Position numbers and translations under genes: made by a program
Shown: positions 24,096 through 37,620 of the stretch, piece by piece
Position numbering within the stretch: the stretch's first letter is position 1
Layout: every line of letters starts with the position of its first letter
The notes under the pieces: generated by a model
What the model saw: only the letters and a program-made list of their open reading frames with translations
Told to the model about the DNA's origin: nothing
Database searches by the model: none
From: Octopus bimaculoides
Lineage: Eukaryota
Length of the DNA: 64,000 nucleotides
NCBI RefSeq assembly: GCF_001194135.2
Contig: NC_068981.1
Location: 154,546,098 to 154,610,097 of the forward strand
Direction of reading: 5' to 3'

Positions 24096-24624
24096 GTGTT
24101 GTGTGTGTGTATGTGTGTGAGAGAGAGAGAAGTGTGTGTGTGTAAATTCTGGGTTAGTGTCCTGTTTGCTGGAAGATTGCTGGGAGTGAGGTACCTCTTA
24201 GCTTTTGTTAAAGTATGTCTCTAGGAGAAGGTTACTGATATAAAACCAGATATGCAGCGAATGATTCTGAACATTTTGGGGATGTTTTGCTTGCACTTGA
24301 GATCATGGCACTCCTATATTCCTGAGCTTGCAACCCATATAGGCACTGGATATCTTACCTACCATGTCTTTAGATTATGTCAGTAGGTGGAGAGGGTCTG
24401 TGAGGTTCTGTGCAAGCCTTATTGGACCTAAGATTTTAGGCTGTGCAAATGCAATCGCTGGCAAGAAAATTATCTGACACCCAGTCAAGTAGGAGGGCAC
24501 TGCAGTGAGTATGGAAGCCATGAATACAAACCTGAGTGGAGACAACTGCTGGTGCAGTAACCTCATGCATGGGCATTGCTAGCATTTTGCATGAGCAATG
24601 GTCAGGATGGTCTTTCTTGATCAC

Positions 24625-24745
24625 AAGTGGACAGTGTAGGCTTGAAACGTTAAAGACTTTTTTACTTCCCGAACATTAAACTAATACATCTGTTTGTTGT
24701 CTACACCACCTGTTTTCGTATTTTGTTTTTTTTTGTGAATTCTCC

Positions 24746-24750
<5 letters not shown>
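24625..24750. mobile_element. Penelope-type terminal repeat fragment
   Basis: gtaggcttgaaacgttaaagact...aaactaatacatctg, shared with 36000-36155 and 47130-47283; abuts (TA)n. Confidence 0.5.
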
Positions 24751-24779
<29 letters not shown>

Positions 24780-24979
24780 NNNNNNNNNNNNNNNNNNNNN
24801 NNNNNNNNNNNNNNNNNNNNNNNNNNNNNNNNNNNNNNNNNNNNNNNNNNNNNNNNNNNNNNNNNNNNNNNNNNNNNNNNNNNNNNNNNNNNNNNNNNNN
24901 NNNNNNNNNNNNNNNNNNNNNNNNNNNNNNNNNNNNNNNNNNNNNNNNNNNNNNNNNNNNNNNNNNNNNNNNNNNNNNN

Positions 24980-25055
<76 letters not shown>

Positions 25056-25654
25056 TGCGTGTACATGACAGGCTTCCACACAGTTTATATCTACCAAATT
25101 TATTCCCATGGCACTGGTCAGTACAAGCTTTAGAAGATACTTGTCCAAGAAGCGACATGGACTGAACCTGAAACCATGTGGCTGCAAAGTAAGTTTCTTA
25201 ACCACTCAGCCATGCATGCACTGGTTATTATTTGGACATTTATTTCTTACTTCCAAACCTATTTTCTGTACAATATCTGTACTGCACTCATAGGATTCTC
25301 TAATCACTAATTCATACCTTTATCTAATGCTTCTTAAAAGTAACTGTCCCCTTCATCAAGGTACAAAGGCATTATGCATCTAAAGGAGAAGCAATTCTAA
25401 AGACATTAGCAGTGTGAAGCAAAATAATTTCAACTAGAAATTGAAATTGCATTGCAGTTGTTCGTTGAAAGGATACCTCTTATTCTATGTTCATAAGATG
25501 TCATACACAGTTATATTGCCATGCTTGCTTTAGTCATTCAAGTTGGCTAATTGATCATTTCTTCTGTTAAATTCTTTACTATTTTACACATACTGTCAAA
25601 TGTACTTCCTTTTCAACACTGCTAAGAAGGTTAAATGAGTTGACAGAAATAATT

Positions 25655-28345
25655 CATCTCATCATCATCATCCATGCTTCATTGTCTTTCTTCAATGTTG
25701 GCATGGGTTGGATGGTTTAACAGGATTCAACAGATTCAATGATGGTGTCATACTCTACTGTCTACTTTGGAATGGTTTCTACAGCTTGATGCCCTTCCTA
25801 ATATCAACTAATTTACAACCCACACTGTGTGCCCTTTACACACCACCAGCAGTAGTGAGGTCATTATGCAGCTTGCAAGACAACAGACTCTGAGAGAGAG
25901 ACAACTTTGTGTTTGGAAATGAGGGGTTAAAGTATGGAACAAGGAGTCAGAGCAGAATAAGTTTCTTACTGTAGAGGAGCCACATGGCTACTCAAATTTT
26001 AGAAGTGAGGATGAAGGTGAACAGGGTAGAGCAAGGAAGAGTTAAAAATAGCAGTGATGAGGCTCTGTGTGGATCCTCAAGATACAAGGTAAGTATAAGT
26101 GAATGGCAGGTGGTGCAGGTGAACCAGGAGTGAGAGTGAGTAAAGATTGCAAGAGTGTATGGGGAATGAGAAATAGGGAGTGGGTGAAGCAGAGAATATA
26201 ATGAATGAAGAACAAGTGTTGACTGTATGGGTAGGTAGGGAAGAGTAGGTGATAACTGTAAAGATTAAGTAGGGATGAGGGGTGGATGTAGTGGATAATA
26301 AGCAAGGAGTGGTGTTGATCAATGATAACAGGGGTGAAGAATAGCAGAATAGTAATAGTAACATAGACGAGGGAGAGAGAAAGAGAGAGAGAGAGAGGGA
26401 TGAAGATGAGTGGTTGGGAAGAGTGTGAGTGAAGGAAAGAGAAGAATGTGGATAGTGGGGAAAATATTAAGAATGAGGGATGGATATTAAATGAACTGAT
26501 ATTTGGTAGTGACAAAGATTAGTGGTATCAAGGAAAAACTAAAGTTAGAGAGATGAAGGGTGGTTGGCATGTCTTGGACTGGAATTTTGGCAAATGAACC
26601 AGTTGTGCATATACAAGGTGTAGTCAAAAAGTATCCGACCTTTGGCCAAAAAAGTAATATTAAAAAAACTTGCCATTTTGATTTAGTCTCCTTCAAAGTA
26701 TTTGCCTTGGGAGTCTACACACTTCTGCCAGCATTCCTGCCACTGCTGGAAACATTTCTGGAAATTACTTTTTGGGATGCTGTAGAGTTGTGCCATTGAA
26801 TTTTGCTTAATGTCCTCTGTTGACTCAAATCTTCTTCCTTTGAGTGTTGTTTTGAGCTTTGAGACTAGCCAAAAGTTACACAGAGCCAAGTCTGGGGAGT
26901 AGGAAGCCTGATGAACGAGTGGTGTGTTTTGCTTGACAAGGAATGCTTGGATGATGTGGGGAGAATGAGCGAGTGCCTTGTCATGGTGGAGTTACCAGTG
27001 CTTTGCTGCCCACAGGCCGGGTTGTTTTTGCTGCAACGAAGAATCCCCAGGTAGTATTCTTTGTTGTCTGCCCTTGTGGTGCATATTCATGGTACGCAGT
27101 ACCTCTGTAGTCAAAAAAACAGATCATCATCAGTTTAACGTTGCTGTACACCTGTCTTGCTTTCTTTGGTCTTGGCGAGGATGGATGCTTCTACTGTGAA
27201 GATTGCAATGCTGTTTCAGGGTCATAACCATACACCCATGTCTCATTGCCAGTAATGATAGGGTTCATGAAGTTTTGATTTTGGCTAGCACACTCTAGCA
27301 TGTTTTCTTTCTGTGGTCAGACAGCAACTTTGGTATGAATTTGGCCAACACTCTCCTCATGCACAAATCCTGTTATGATTGCCTGAACTGACGACCCATG
27401 GTTGATTCCAACTTTGGCAACAATCTCCTCAATAGTCACATGACAGTTTTCATAGACTATTCCTCGAACCATTGCAATCATTTTGTTGTTTCTGCTAGTC
27501 GATGGTCTGTCACAATGTGGTTCACTGTCCACTGATGAGTAGCCATCTTTGAACTGGTTGTACCACTCATTTATTTGTGCTTTTCCCATAGCATGCTCCA
27601 AAGCCTTCTGAATCTTCTTGATAGTCTGGGCTTGTGTATCACCAAGCTTTTGGCAGAATTTGATACAGTATCTTTTCTCAGTGCACTTGGTCATTTTGAC
27701 TCAAAAAATAAAAATTGCACAGCACACTCTTCATGTCTGTACTCAATGTATCACTGCAGGTGAATGGCACAACCTACAGACATGAAAATTTTTGCGCATG
27801 CTCAGGAAGGACGCAGTCACCTAATACCCATGCAAATTTTGCTCACGCATTATCATTTTGTGCAAAAAAAAAAAAATCAAGGTCGGATACATTTTGACTA
27901 AACCTTGTATATATAAATACACACACACACACACACAGTGCTTAGTTTTGATGAGTTGGGCAGGTCTTCTTGAGAACCACATATCACCAGACATCATGGT
28001 CACTTCTGTGAGGTCCAAGGTCTTGAGATCAGCTTTCTCTACTTCATCTCAAGTCTTTCTGGGTCTCTGCCTTCTCTAAGCTCCACTCACATTAAGTGAT
28101 TGGCATTTCTTTAAACAGCTGTCCTTGTATGACCATACCAATGCAGTTTTCTTTCCTGCACACTACATCTGATCTTTCTTATGCTGAGTTTTATGTTCAA
28201 GACATTTGTACTATGTCGTTCATACTCATATACGTAACACATCTAATGGAGCAAGCTTTCTTCATTTCTTTCCAGTTTTCTCAAGTCCTCTGCATTCAAA
28301 GTCCATGTTTAATTACCATACAACCAGTATTCAACCCAGTATTCT
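25655..28345 (-). mobile_element. RTE LINE 3' part interrupted by a mariner
   Basis: Tail at 25655-25700 and purine-rich UTR at 25900-26600; the RT end resumes at 27935-28345, collinear with the intact arrangement at 53900-54420. Confidence 0.7.
26614..27907 (-). mobile_element. Full-length (1294 bp) but inactivated mariner transposon
   Basis: 27-bp TIRs (caaggtgtagtcaaaaagtatccgacc; 25/27 identical) flanked by TA. N-terminal HTH region in ORF 27317-27694 (KRYCIKFCQKLG...EWYNQFKDG); C-terminal LCNFWLVSKLKTTLKGRRF...QGKYFEGD in ORF 26683-26889; frameshifted between them. Confidence 0.93.
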
Positions 28346-28854
28346 CCATACAGTATATAAGAAAGTTGTTGTAGTGGCAAAAATAGGTTTCTGTCAGTTT
28401 CCAACATGCAAATTCAGCTATTCTATAATCTGAATTGCAAGGTCATTGAATTAGCATGCAAGAAGCTAAGTATCCCACATACTCATACACTCATAACACA
28501 ATTACGTAGAACCAGTGTATGACAAAACCATACTTTTGAACATGCAATCAATCCATCAGGCTTCCACACAGTTTCCAACAACCCAGTTTTGCTTACAAGG
28601 TTTGGGTCAACCTGAGGCAAAGATAAAAGACACGGGCCAAAGATTTAACATGGTGGGATGGAACCCAGGACCTTGCCATTGCCATACAGTTAAAATATAG
28701 ACATAAAAGTATACTACAATAGGAAGCATATGATGCCACCAACCGGGGGTGGGGAAGGTGATTGTAACATACAATTCATGGCTGGGGACCAACTGTACAG
28801 TAAAACATATTACCAAATGGAAATGAACACATCACCTATCGATTCATCACACAC

Positions 28855-28905
<51 letters not shown>

Positions 28906-29265
28906 ATCAGTATCAGTGCCAAGCAGTGATTAAGAATAAACGAACTTTAGGTTCATTAAAATATGTGTGTGACATATTTTAATTTCCAAAGGCAAATTCA
29001 CTGCAGTCACTGTGGAGAAAAAATGTTCTCTTATGGTAAAAGGTATAATGACACTGTTTCTGACCACTGGGAATCTGCTGGGGGAAAGTTCTGGGAAGAT
29101 ATGGTGTTTTTACACCTTTTCCCATTAGAGATAATTTGTTTCACCATGGTAACTGCACTGAATTTGTTTTTACAAGTATTTATTTATTTATTATACACAT
29201 ATTTACTTGACCTGGAAGTCAAGATGGAAATTAAAAAGAGAGTATGAAACACAAGACAGTCTTAC

Positions 29266-29341
29266 CAAGGTCAGCTGCCCAGTGCAGAGCTGTTCGAAAA
29301 TTGTTATCTAGTTGTGATACATTACACGTCTCAAAAGAAGT
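29266..29341 (-). CDS. INVS: Inversin coding exon B (phase 0 to phase 1)
   Basis: ctgttttatag|ACT TCT TTT...GAC CTT G|gtaaga. Encodes TSFETCNVSQLDNNFRTALHWAADL(G) versus recalled TSYESCNITSYDNLFRTPLHWAALLG. 76 nt. Confidence 0.93.
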
Positions 29342-30519
29342 CTATAAAACAGAAAGACAGAAAGAAAAAAAAAAACACAACAAAACCTGAATACACTTTT
29401 AACAAACAAAAACAATTAATAAACATATAAAAACAAATGTACAAATAAATTATATTGGTTGGTTATAAATAATTTTTGTTTGTTCGTTATTTATTTTATA
29501 AAGTATTTTTTTTATATAGGGAACAAAATTTGATAGGAAGAGCAAGTATAATTAATGATTTCATCTAAGATCAGTACGATAGGACAGTAAATGGAGCTGA
29601 GAGTAGCTGAAAGGTACTAGCTAAAATGCTGCATTGGATAAAAAAAAAAAAAGACAAAACGAAACAAAACAACAATCATAAAAAAAGCAAATGAAAATCA
29701 ATGAATTATTGAATGGAAACCAAATGACATATAAACGGTAATTCTCAGTTGCTGTGGAAAATGTAAAAAAGAAAAAGAGGAAACTAATCAGGAAATAGGA
29801 AACAGTTGAAGAAAGATGAATGAAGCATTCAATGAACGCGATAATGTGAGTGTTGAGTATTAACTCAACTAAAACTCATTGCAACAGAGAAAAACTAAAA
29901 TGGAAACATGACTGAAATTAGTGCTTGGTCACATCCTGGGTGAGAAAACAAACATTTATGATCAATAATATCAATCAATAATGTCATGGTTTGATTTCAG
30001 GTAGATAAACATCTGAAGGAAAGGTAAATGCATTGATGTATATCTAATTGTTTATTTATTATATCTGTAGATTGATACACACACACACACGCATGCGCAC
30101 ACATACAAACACAGACACAGAATTTTTTAAAATGTATAAAACAATCAAGAAACTATACACCTATATGCACAAGGATTTATCTCTGTTAATGCATACACAT
30201 CTTAGAGTACACAGTTTGTCGGTATATACTTTCGTATACATAAAATTCTGTTTCTCTAAACCTACATCATTGAAGAATACAGTTGTAGGAAAATATATAA
30301 ATATGAAGTTAAACAACCATATCATTGAATTAGAATTGCTATACCTAAACGGATAGAAGAGCTTTTGACTTATTATATTACACAGTAGCTTGTTAAACAT
30401 TGACGGTTATTTATATATATTAGTAAAAAAATTATTCAACCTATTTCCCTTATCACTTACATTGTTTTAAGATCTAATCTTCTAAGTTTGCATGTTTTTA
30501 ATGGATCTTTTAGATACAA

Positions 30520-30900
30520 TTTTTCCCAATTGACCTGATCTTTTCATCAGTTGGCCTTTTGAAGCCTAACATCCAGAGATATGAACTCTCTACATAATCC
30601 TTGGTCTTTTGCTCCCACAGGTATCTCTCAATGATGGCATGCAGCATTCTTTCACACAGCTTTCAGCATTCGTTTGTAAATGCTCATAATAGCTCAGTCA
30701 TCCATGCTGCAAACATCGACAAGTACATTTAATGCCTAGCTGCTCTCCTGGCTTACTTATACTTCACCTTTCATACAAGCCAACATCACACATCCAACAA
30801 ATAAGGCTCGCTTCAATTATCTCCAACCTATGCGGATCTAAAGTAGCCAATTCCCAGGTCACACTAGCATGAAGCATCACACTCCTTAAGAGATGAACAT
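30520..30900 (-). mobile_element. Old RTE LINE RT-end relic
   Basis: Minus frame LGIKCTCRCLQHG corresponds to LGIR...RLRWFGHV in the younger copies. Confidence 0.5.
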
Positions 30901-31929
30901 AGTCTGAGAGAGAGGAAAAAGAGAGACCCTTTATTGCCTAAAGTGATAACACCTCTCTGACCTCCTTTCACTACCTCTTTAGCTATCATGTTCACATTAC
31001 AAAAATCTCCAGCACTAATAATGTCACCTAAATAACAAAAACCTATTAAATACTGCTAGTAGGTCATCTCAGCAATTCATCGGTTCATAGAGTCCCTTTC
31101 ATGAATGCCTCTACTACTAATTATTTCTATAGCCGTCATTCTCTGCTAGTCTAACTGAGATTCAAACAGATGCTTATATAACAGGATCTTGGAATTTGAG
31201 AGGAGTAACATTCTGGAGAGTAATGATTGAGCATAGTGGTTAGAGCAAGATCTGAGACACTATGGCTGAACGAAAAGAAGAGAGATGAGTGAATAAAGTA
31301 GAAAATGACCAGCTACCCACAAAGAGCAGAGGCTACAGTTGTAGCAGCAGAAAGTCAGAAAGACAGGGAGAAAAGAGAGAAAAGAGAGAAAAGAATGAGA
31401 GAAAGAGAGGGAAAGAAAGAAAGAGAAAGAGAGAGAGAAGAGTTCATCTGTGGATTCAATTTCTTTTTATATCCTTTAGTTAATATACTGAATGATTTTT
31501 CATCCTTAACCTGTCATGTCATAATTTCTTACAATAAAAGCATAATACAGAAATAAAGGAGATTTCAAGAATGAAATATACTTATGTCTGTGATTTATCA
31601 CACTCAACAGATTAAAGAATTTGATTGACAATTGAAATTGAAATTATTTTATCATTTATCACTAAGAAACATGAACGGTAAAAGAACTCAACAATTTAAA
31701 TATTGTCAGTGAAAACCCTAATACAGGCCTTACATTTGCCAATTTGGTATAGCTTTTAACTTTATTTTAGTTATAAACATACACACTTTCTCCAGAACTC
31801 TTCTCATTTCTTTCACATGAAAAATCTCATCTAAAATGTTTTATCTGTTGGTTTTGAGAGTTTCTTTCCTGATGACACATTAATATACACTTCTTGTTTC
31901 ATTCATGCATGCTTAAAACACTTCAGCCA

Positions 31930-32200
31930 CAGGCCCACAGACATGCTGTCCCTTCATTCTACCACAACTGTTAATGGTCTTTGCTCTTTCAAGCTAACAG
32001 ATCTTCTGTCACCACCAATCAGGCCCACTTAACTCATTAGTTTCTCATTTCTTAATCATCCACATTCTATCTACCCCAACAGTCATACTAACCACTAACC
32101 CAGTCGTTCCTCCAGAAAATATTAACTCTCTGGAATTCCTTCCCTGCCTGTGTATTTTGTGTAGCCCTCAACTAGCAGCTTCTTAAGTAGAACATTAACA
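31930..32200 (+). mobile_element. CR1-like LINE 3' relic
   Basis: ...CSFKLTDLLSPP... and ILTLWNSFPA resemble the CR1 ORF2 C-terminus. Confidence 0.4.
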
Positions 32201-33599
32201 TCATTTTCCCTATATCTGAGAGGGTCTGTGGTGGCTGAGTAAAGCACCTTCCTTAAGAATAAACTATTAAAAACAAAAGGAAAAAAATATGAATGACTAT
32301 GTTCATTTAATGTCCTCACACCATTGAGCAAAATGATGACCAGGAAGCCACCTCAATTGCTAAATATTTGCAATATCCAAATCTATCTGAGCTGAAATGA
32401 TATAACCAAATTTGTAGAATCCTCCACTCTACGACTATTTTGAAGAAGGTGGAGGAGCCATTATCTGAAGTTCCAATAATATTAATAAATCTCTTTCGAT
32501 TTTAATCAGAAAATAACAATGACCAGAATGATTAAGATAAAACCCTTCAAAACTTCGGTCATCAAACTTCCTTTAATTTAAAATATGAATAGTTTCAGCA
32601 ACAATAAAACTTCCTATACCTACTTTATCAAAATTGCTCTGCTATTATTTCTGAATCACAACTACGTTTGACATCACACTAGCCTTCAATTACTTTCACC
32701 AATACTTAAACAGTAGCTAATTTCACATTACACAGTCTTTAATATCTACATGATTACTATAGTAAATTCGATTAAATTGATTTTTTGAATGGAAATTTGT
32801 TAAGATGATGAGGTGGGAAGCTAGCAAATAGCTAAATATGAACTTCTGTATAAGATTTATATCTAATTTGCCAATTTATAAATCAGCAGTTTCTAAAAGA
32901 TTGTTAGTTGTAGTTGACCAACAAGTTGATGTGATGGAGGAATGACAGTTGAAGGGTTGGTAGTTCATATTCTCTCATTTCTATTGTGCTACATCAGTAG
33001 TTGTGACAACATTCAGTGGCTTGACATACTTAACAATAAATAAACTGAAGAGAGAAAGTAGCCTCTACATGGCTGTTTAACTAGTTAGAAGTAGCAACTA
33101 AATCTCACTCATATCACATCCTAATACCTTAGAAAAGAACACGTTGGTTAATGTAGCTTTAGGGACACTGTATATGGGAAATGACAGGATGGTTGTGACT
33201 GGAATATCTTTGAGCATAATTGTGCTCCACCAGGGTTAATATGGAAGTTAACAACAACATAGAGAGATTACTGTTTCATGTCAACCCAAATTGGGATTCC
33301 AACCATGACTAGGTGTAACTCATTAATCTGTTATTTCAGACATACCAATCTCTGTTGAGTTGAAGACCAAAGTGCACACTCCAATATACAGCGTTACAGT
33401 CTGAACATGTATTTTGTCTACCTTCCTGTCTGTTCCTGTACTGCTGTACATGTTCAGGCTAAATTTGATGAATTTTTATGTCTCCATTTTTCAGGAACAG
33501 CTTGATGTATTAATGAACAGTCAATAATGTTGGAGATGATAAAGATTAAAGTTGTAGTTGAAGAAAAGTTGGCTGACACGGAGGGCTGTAAGCTATCTG

Positions 33600-34560
33600 A
33601 ATATTGGAAAAGAGTTACCTGTATCATGAAGATTCAAAATAGATATCAAAATACCAACATCATGACTGCTGTTTAATGCTCTGTGAACTCTGTAAAGGCT
33701 GTAAGATGTGACATGGACATCTGTAATGAAGACTACTAAGCCATAGCCAGCAGGAAGGAACACAGCAGGTATTCTAACTATGTCTGCATGCAGGAAGTCA
33801 TCCAGCAACTGCAGAACAAGGTGATGGAAAATCTGAGCAAGAAAATCTGGACTTTGATGAGAGAAAGATGGGTGTTGGAGTAGCTGCCATGAAGTTGGCT
33901 CTGAATAGGGATCTTCACAATTACTTGTAAAAGTGGTGTAAGGGGAAAATCCTAACAGTCAAGGCCAAGGAAAACTGTTTGATAAAGGCAAAGAAGCTGA
34001 GGCATCTTGTTGAGCTGGGGATAATTCGGTTCTTCTCAGAGGAAAAGAACTCCTGCCAGGTGGCTTGCCTACAATAAATGTGAAGTCCCATGTATCATGT
34101 GAACCAAGTTCCCCCAGCCTGTGGGAGTGTCTCCAGTGAGAGTGATGTCATGCTACCTCTCATCTTTGAACAGGACCTTTGCCTCAATTCAGATGGCCAT
34201 GTAAAGCTGCTGGGGACTGTGGTCAAACCCTGGCTAGAGAGGGTTACTGCTGGAAGGCCATATGCGTGACAACAGGATTTGACTCCTTACCTTACCTTCG
34301 CAAAGAGTCAGAAGTGGTTGTGGGAGAATTTCTATAACTTCACCAGCTCCAGTTTGTGGCTTCTCTGTTCCACCAGTTGTAATCCAATGGATTACTATGT
34401 GTGGGGCATGGTTGAAAAAGACACCAACAATTCTGCTTGCAACACAAAGGCTGAGTTGGGGCCAAGATCAAGGAGGTGTTTGACATCCTGTAGATTCTGG
34501 TGTGAGCCACAACAGGGCTGGGCAAAGTGGATTGTCAAAGAATAACAGTTGTTTTTCCTT
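33600..34560 (+). mobile_element. Degenerate Tc1/mariner transposon, maT (DD37D)-like
   Basis: VKPWLERVTAGRPYA*QQDLTPYLTFAKSQKWLWEN...NPMDYYVWGMVEKDTNNSACNTKAEL matches the QQDSAPAH...NPLDYxxW spacing of Bmmar1/maT; TIRs not identified. Confidence 0.8.
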
Positions 34561-35314
34561 TGTATCAATAATTTGTAGTGTGCATGCTAGCACAGTCTTG
34601 ATGCAAATGGTGTTCTTTATTTGTATTTGTGTGTGTATTCTATTGGAGAAAACTCACATTTTCATGGATTTTGAAGTCTGTTTTTTACATTAATCACAAT
34701 TGTGTGCCATTAGTCATTATCATGAAATCAAAATTTTCATGGTTTGATTAGTATTCAAACTATAATTACTGTCTTTGTTTCTGATATGCTATATTCAAGA
34801 CTACTTCCAAATATTCCTCCATTATTAAGATAGTAGGGTCAACTTTGAAAGAAATTTTGTTGTTAAATCCAGCAAATTGAATCAGAACATAGAAGTGCTC
34901 ACATTGGCTCAGAGTAGTATAGCTCAACATTAAAACTTGTGAGAATGCTATAAATCCGTTTAATGTTTTATTAGCTTAAAATCCAAAGTTTAAAATTTCA
35001 TGGGTTTCATTTAGAACTGGATGGACATCACCAGGATAACTTAGATGCACTGCATAAAGAGGAAGTTTACTATGTTGCTCCAATGAGATTCTCCATGCAT
35101 AAATATTCAGTGATGCTCTAATGAGATTTTCCATGATCAAAAAGAAAATTGTGTGAAATTATAATGAAATATTGAGTGAGCATTGACTGCATTGTAGTGT
35201 AGTGAAATGTCTCTGTAGTGTGGAGCCAAAATGCTTTCCTAAAATCCCATGCTAACATTCTTCAAATCTAATGTATTCATTAATATCAAAAATAAAAAAA
35301 ATTTAATCACTCAC

Positions 35315-35413
35315 CAGTACTTTGACAACTGCTTCATTGCCATCTGCTACAGCTAAATGTAAGGCTGTTCTCCCCTCATAATCCTGCCAATTGATTACAC
35401 TAGGAGCAGTTTC
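35315..35413 (-). CDS. INVS: Inversin coding exon A (most upstream found; phase 0 to phase 0)
   Basis: ttcttctacag|GAA ACT GCT...GTA CTG|gtgagt. Encodes ETAPSVINWQDYEGRTALHLAVADGNEAVVKVL versus recalled LLNWQDYEGRTPLHFAVADGN. 99 nt. Confidence 0.94.
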
Positions 35414-35699
35414 CTGTAGAAGAAATGTGTATAGAAATATATATGTATGTATGTCTGTATGTCTGTATCTATGGACATATTACAGAAAATAAAGGAAATC
35501 TTGAATGCAGAACAGCTGTGAATACAGCTTAGAAGATTGGGTAAATACCCTTTAGAAGACAGACAAAAATAGCCAACAACCCTGCAACTCTCAAGTTCTA
35601 GCTGAGCACTTTGTAACATTAAGCTAAGTGACCCCTTTCCTCCTTATGGAATTTGAGAAGTCCAGGGTTCGACTCTCTGTAGTGGCTTTCTGTAAAGTA

Positions 35700-35960
35700 C
35701 GAACTCATTTGACAATCTTCAAAATCATTTGGATGGAAAAATATGAATTCTGTAGACGAGGTTAGAACAGTACTGGAGGAGTATTTTTCATCATGGACAA
35801 GTGAATTTTGGAAGAGGTGCAATGCAAGTATACCAGATAGATGGAAGAGCATTGTAGAAAATGAAGGAAAAAATATTTTAGATGAAAAAAGAACTTTGTT
35901 TATCTTAATTTTGAAAGATAAGTATCAAAAAGCTGCATTATTTATGGGATGATCTTATAT
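35700..35960 (+). mobile_element. Mariner transposase 3' fragment with probable right TIR
   Basis: LQNHLDGKNMNSVDEVRTVLEEYFSS...PDRWKSIVENEGKNILD (Mos1/Hsmar-type C-terminus); ends ...ttatgggatgatcttaTA. Confidence 0.75.
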
Positions 35961-35999
35961 ATGAGTCGCCATGATAGATCGCTGACCACAAAATTCAAT

Positions 36000-36155
36000 T
36001 TTTTTCTCCGTGTTTTTCTCCTTATTCTTTCTGTTGAAGAGCGTAGCTTGAAACGTTAAAGACTTTCTCTATTCCCAAGCGTTAAACTAATACATCCTTT
36101 TGTTGTTTACACCACCTGTCCTCGTCTGTTGTCGTTTTTTTCGTAAATTCTCCCA
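36000..36155. mobile_element. Penelope-type terminal repeat fragment
   Basis: ctgttgaagagcgtagcttgaaacgttaaagac...; abuts (TA)n. Confidence 0.5.
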
Positions 36156-36189
36156 TATATATATGATGATGATTATGATGATGATGATG

Positions 36190-37620
36190 ATCATCATCAT
36201 CATCCCCATCATTTAGCATCTACTTTCCAAGCTGGCATGGCTTAGATGGTTTGACTGAAACCAGTAAGCTGGAGAGCTGCATGAGGTTCCAGTCTGATTT
36301 GGCATGATTTCTACAATTGGATGCCTTTCCTAACACCAACCACTCCAAGAGTGTAATGGGTGTTTTTTATGTGCCATTGACATGGGTTCCAGTTACGTGA
36401 CACTATTCCCTCCATAGTTAAAGATCGGCACTTTTTTACACATCACAATTATACACCAGCACAATTGTCTCCCTTGCACACCACATTTGATGACTTTTAT
36501 GCCCAACTTTTCTCTCAAGATGCTTACACTCTATTGTACAAGCATACTGACATCGCACATCCAGCGAAGTATACTAGGTTCATTTCTTACAAGCCAATGC
36601 ATGTCCTCAGCAGTTATATCCCATGTTTCACTGCCATGTAGCATGGCTGTTCATACACAGGCATCATACAGTCTGCTTTTCACTCTGTGGGAGAGGCTAT
36701 TTGTTACTAACAGAAGCAGGAACTCTTTGAACTTTGCCCAGCCTATTCTTATTTTAGCAGCTACACTCTTGGAGCATCCACCTCCGCTACTGACTTGATC
36801 ACCTAGATAATGGAAGCTATCACCTACTTCTAGCTTTCCCCACTTGCATTGGATGGAGTCTATTTTCTGTACATTCTTAGTGTTTATTGTATCTATGCAC
36901 CTTCCACACACAAAAACTATTTTCCTTGTAAACCTTCCCCTGATATTGCTGCACCTTTTATGTGTCCATAGCTCACACCAGGTACATCTTATAGAGTTTC
37001 TACCTAAGCTTTTTCTACGGATTGAGCAGGGCCATTTACTTGAAAGGATTTATGATTTGTCTGCTTTCCTACTTACTAAGACTTTGGTTTTTGCTAGATT
37101 AACTCTAAGGCCCTTTGATTCTAAACTTTGCTTCCACACTTAAAATTTCTTCTCTAGTTCAAGATGTGGATCGGCCATGAGAACAAGTTCATCAGCATAG
37201 AGGTGCTCCCAGGGGCAGCCCATGCTAAATTCCTTTGTTATTTTCTGGAGGACTATGCTGAAAAAAAGGAGGCTGAGGAATTTGGTTAACTATATGGGTG
37301 ATTAGGCCATAACCCACACCACTAGATTTCTTAAGATCTTAGTGGTGATTGCTGATGGGCTGGGGGCTTGTCTGGTCTTCATATCCTTCATGGCTTTATC
37401 TACCATGCTACTGTCTATTTGGATTGTTGGTCCCTCTGTTGGATCCACAGTAGGCAGACTTTTCTTCCTCCATGAGTTCTCCACATTTAGCAGCCTTTCA
37501 TAGTGGCACTTCCATGCCTCTTTCTTTGCAGAACCATTAACTGCAAGTGAACCACCATCCATGCAAACATACTTCTCTCCAACATCATAATTTTCTCTGG
37601 CACAGTCTTGCAAACACTTT
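36190..37620 (-). mobile_element. RTE LINE, internally deleted
   Basis: ORF 37302-37613 (KEAWKCHYERLLNVEN...PSPSAIT) and ORF 36651-36911 (DSFHYLGDQVSSGGGC...IGWAKFKE); tail at 36190. Confidence 0.85.

Noticed and set aside
29480-29950. Possible very old mariner 5' end (tatattggttggttataaataatt and weak HTH-like text)
   Set aside because: Too decayed to support with motifs.
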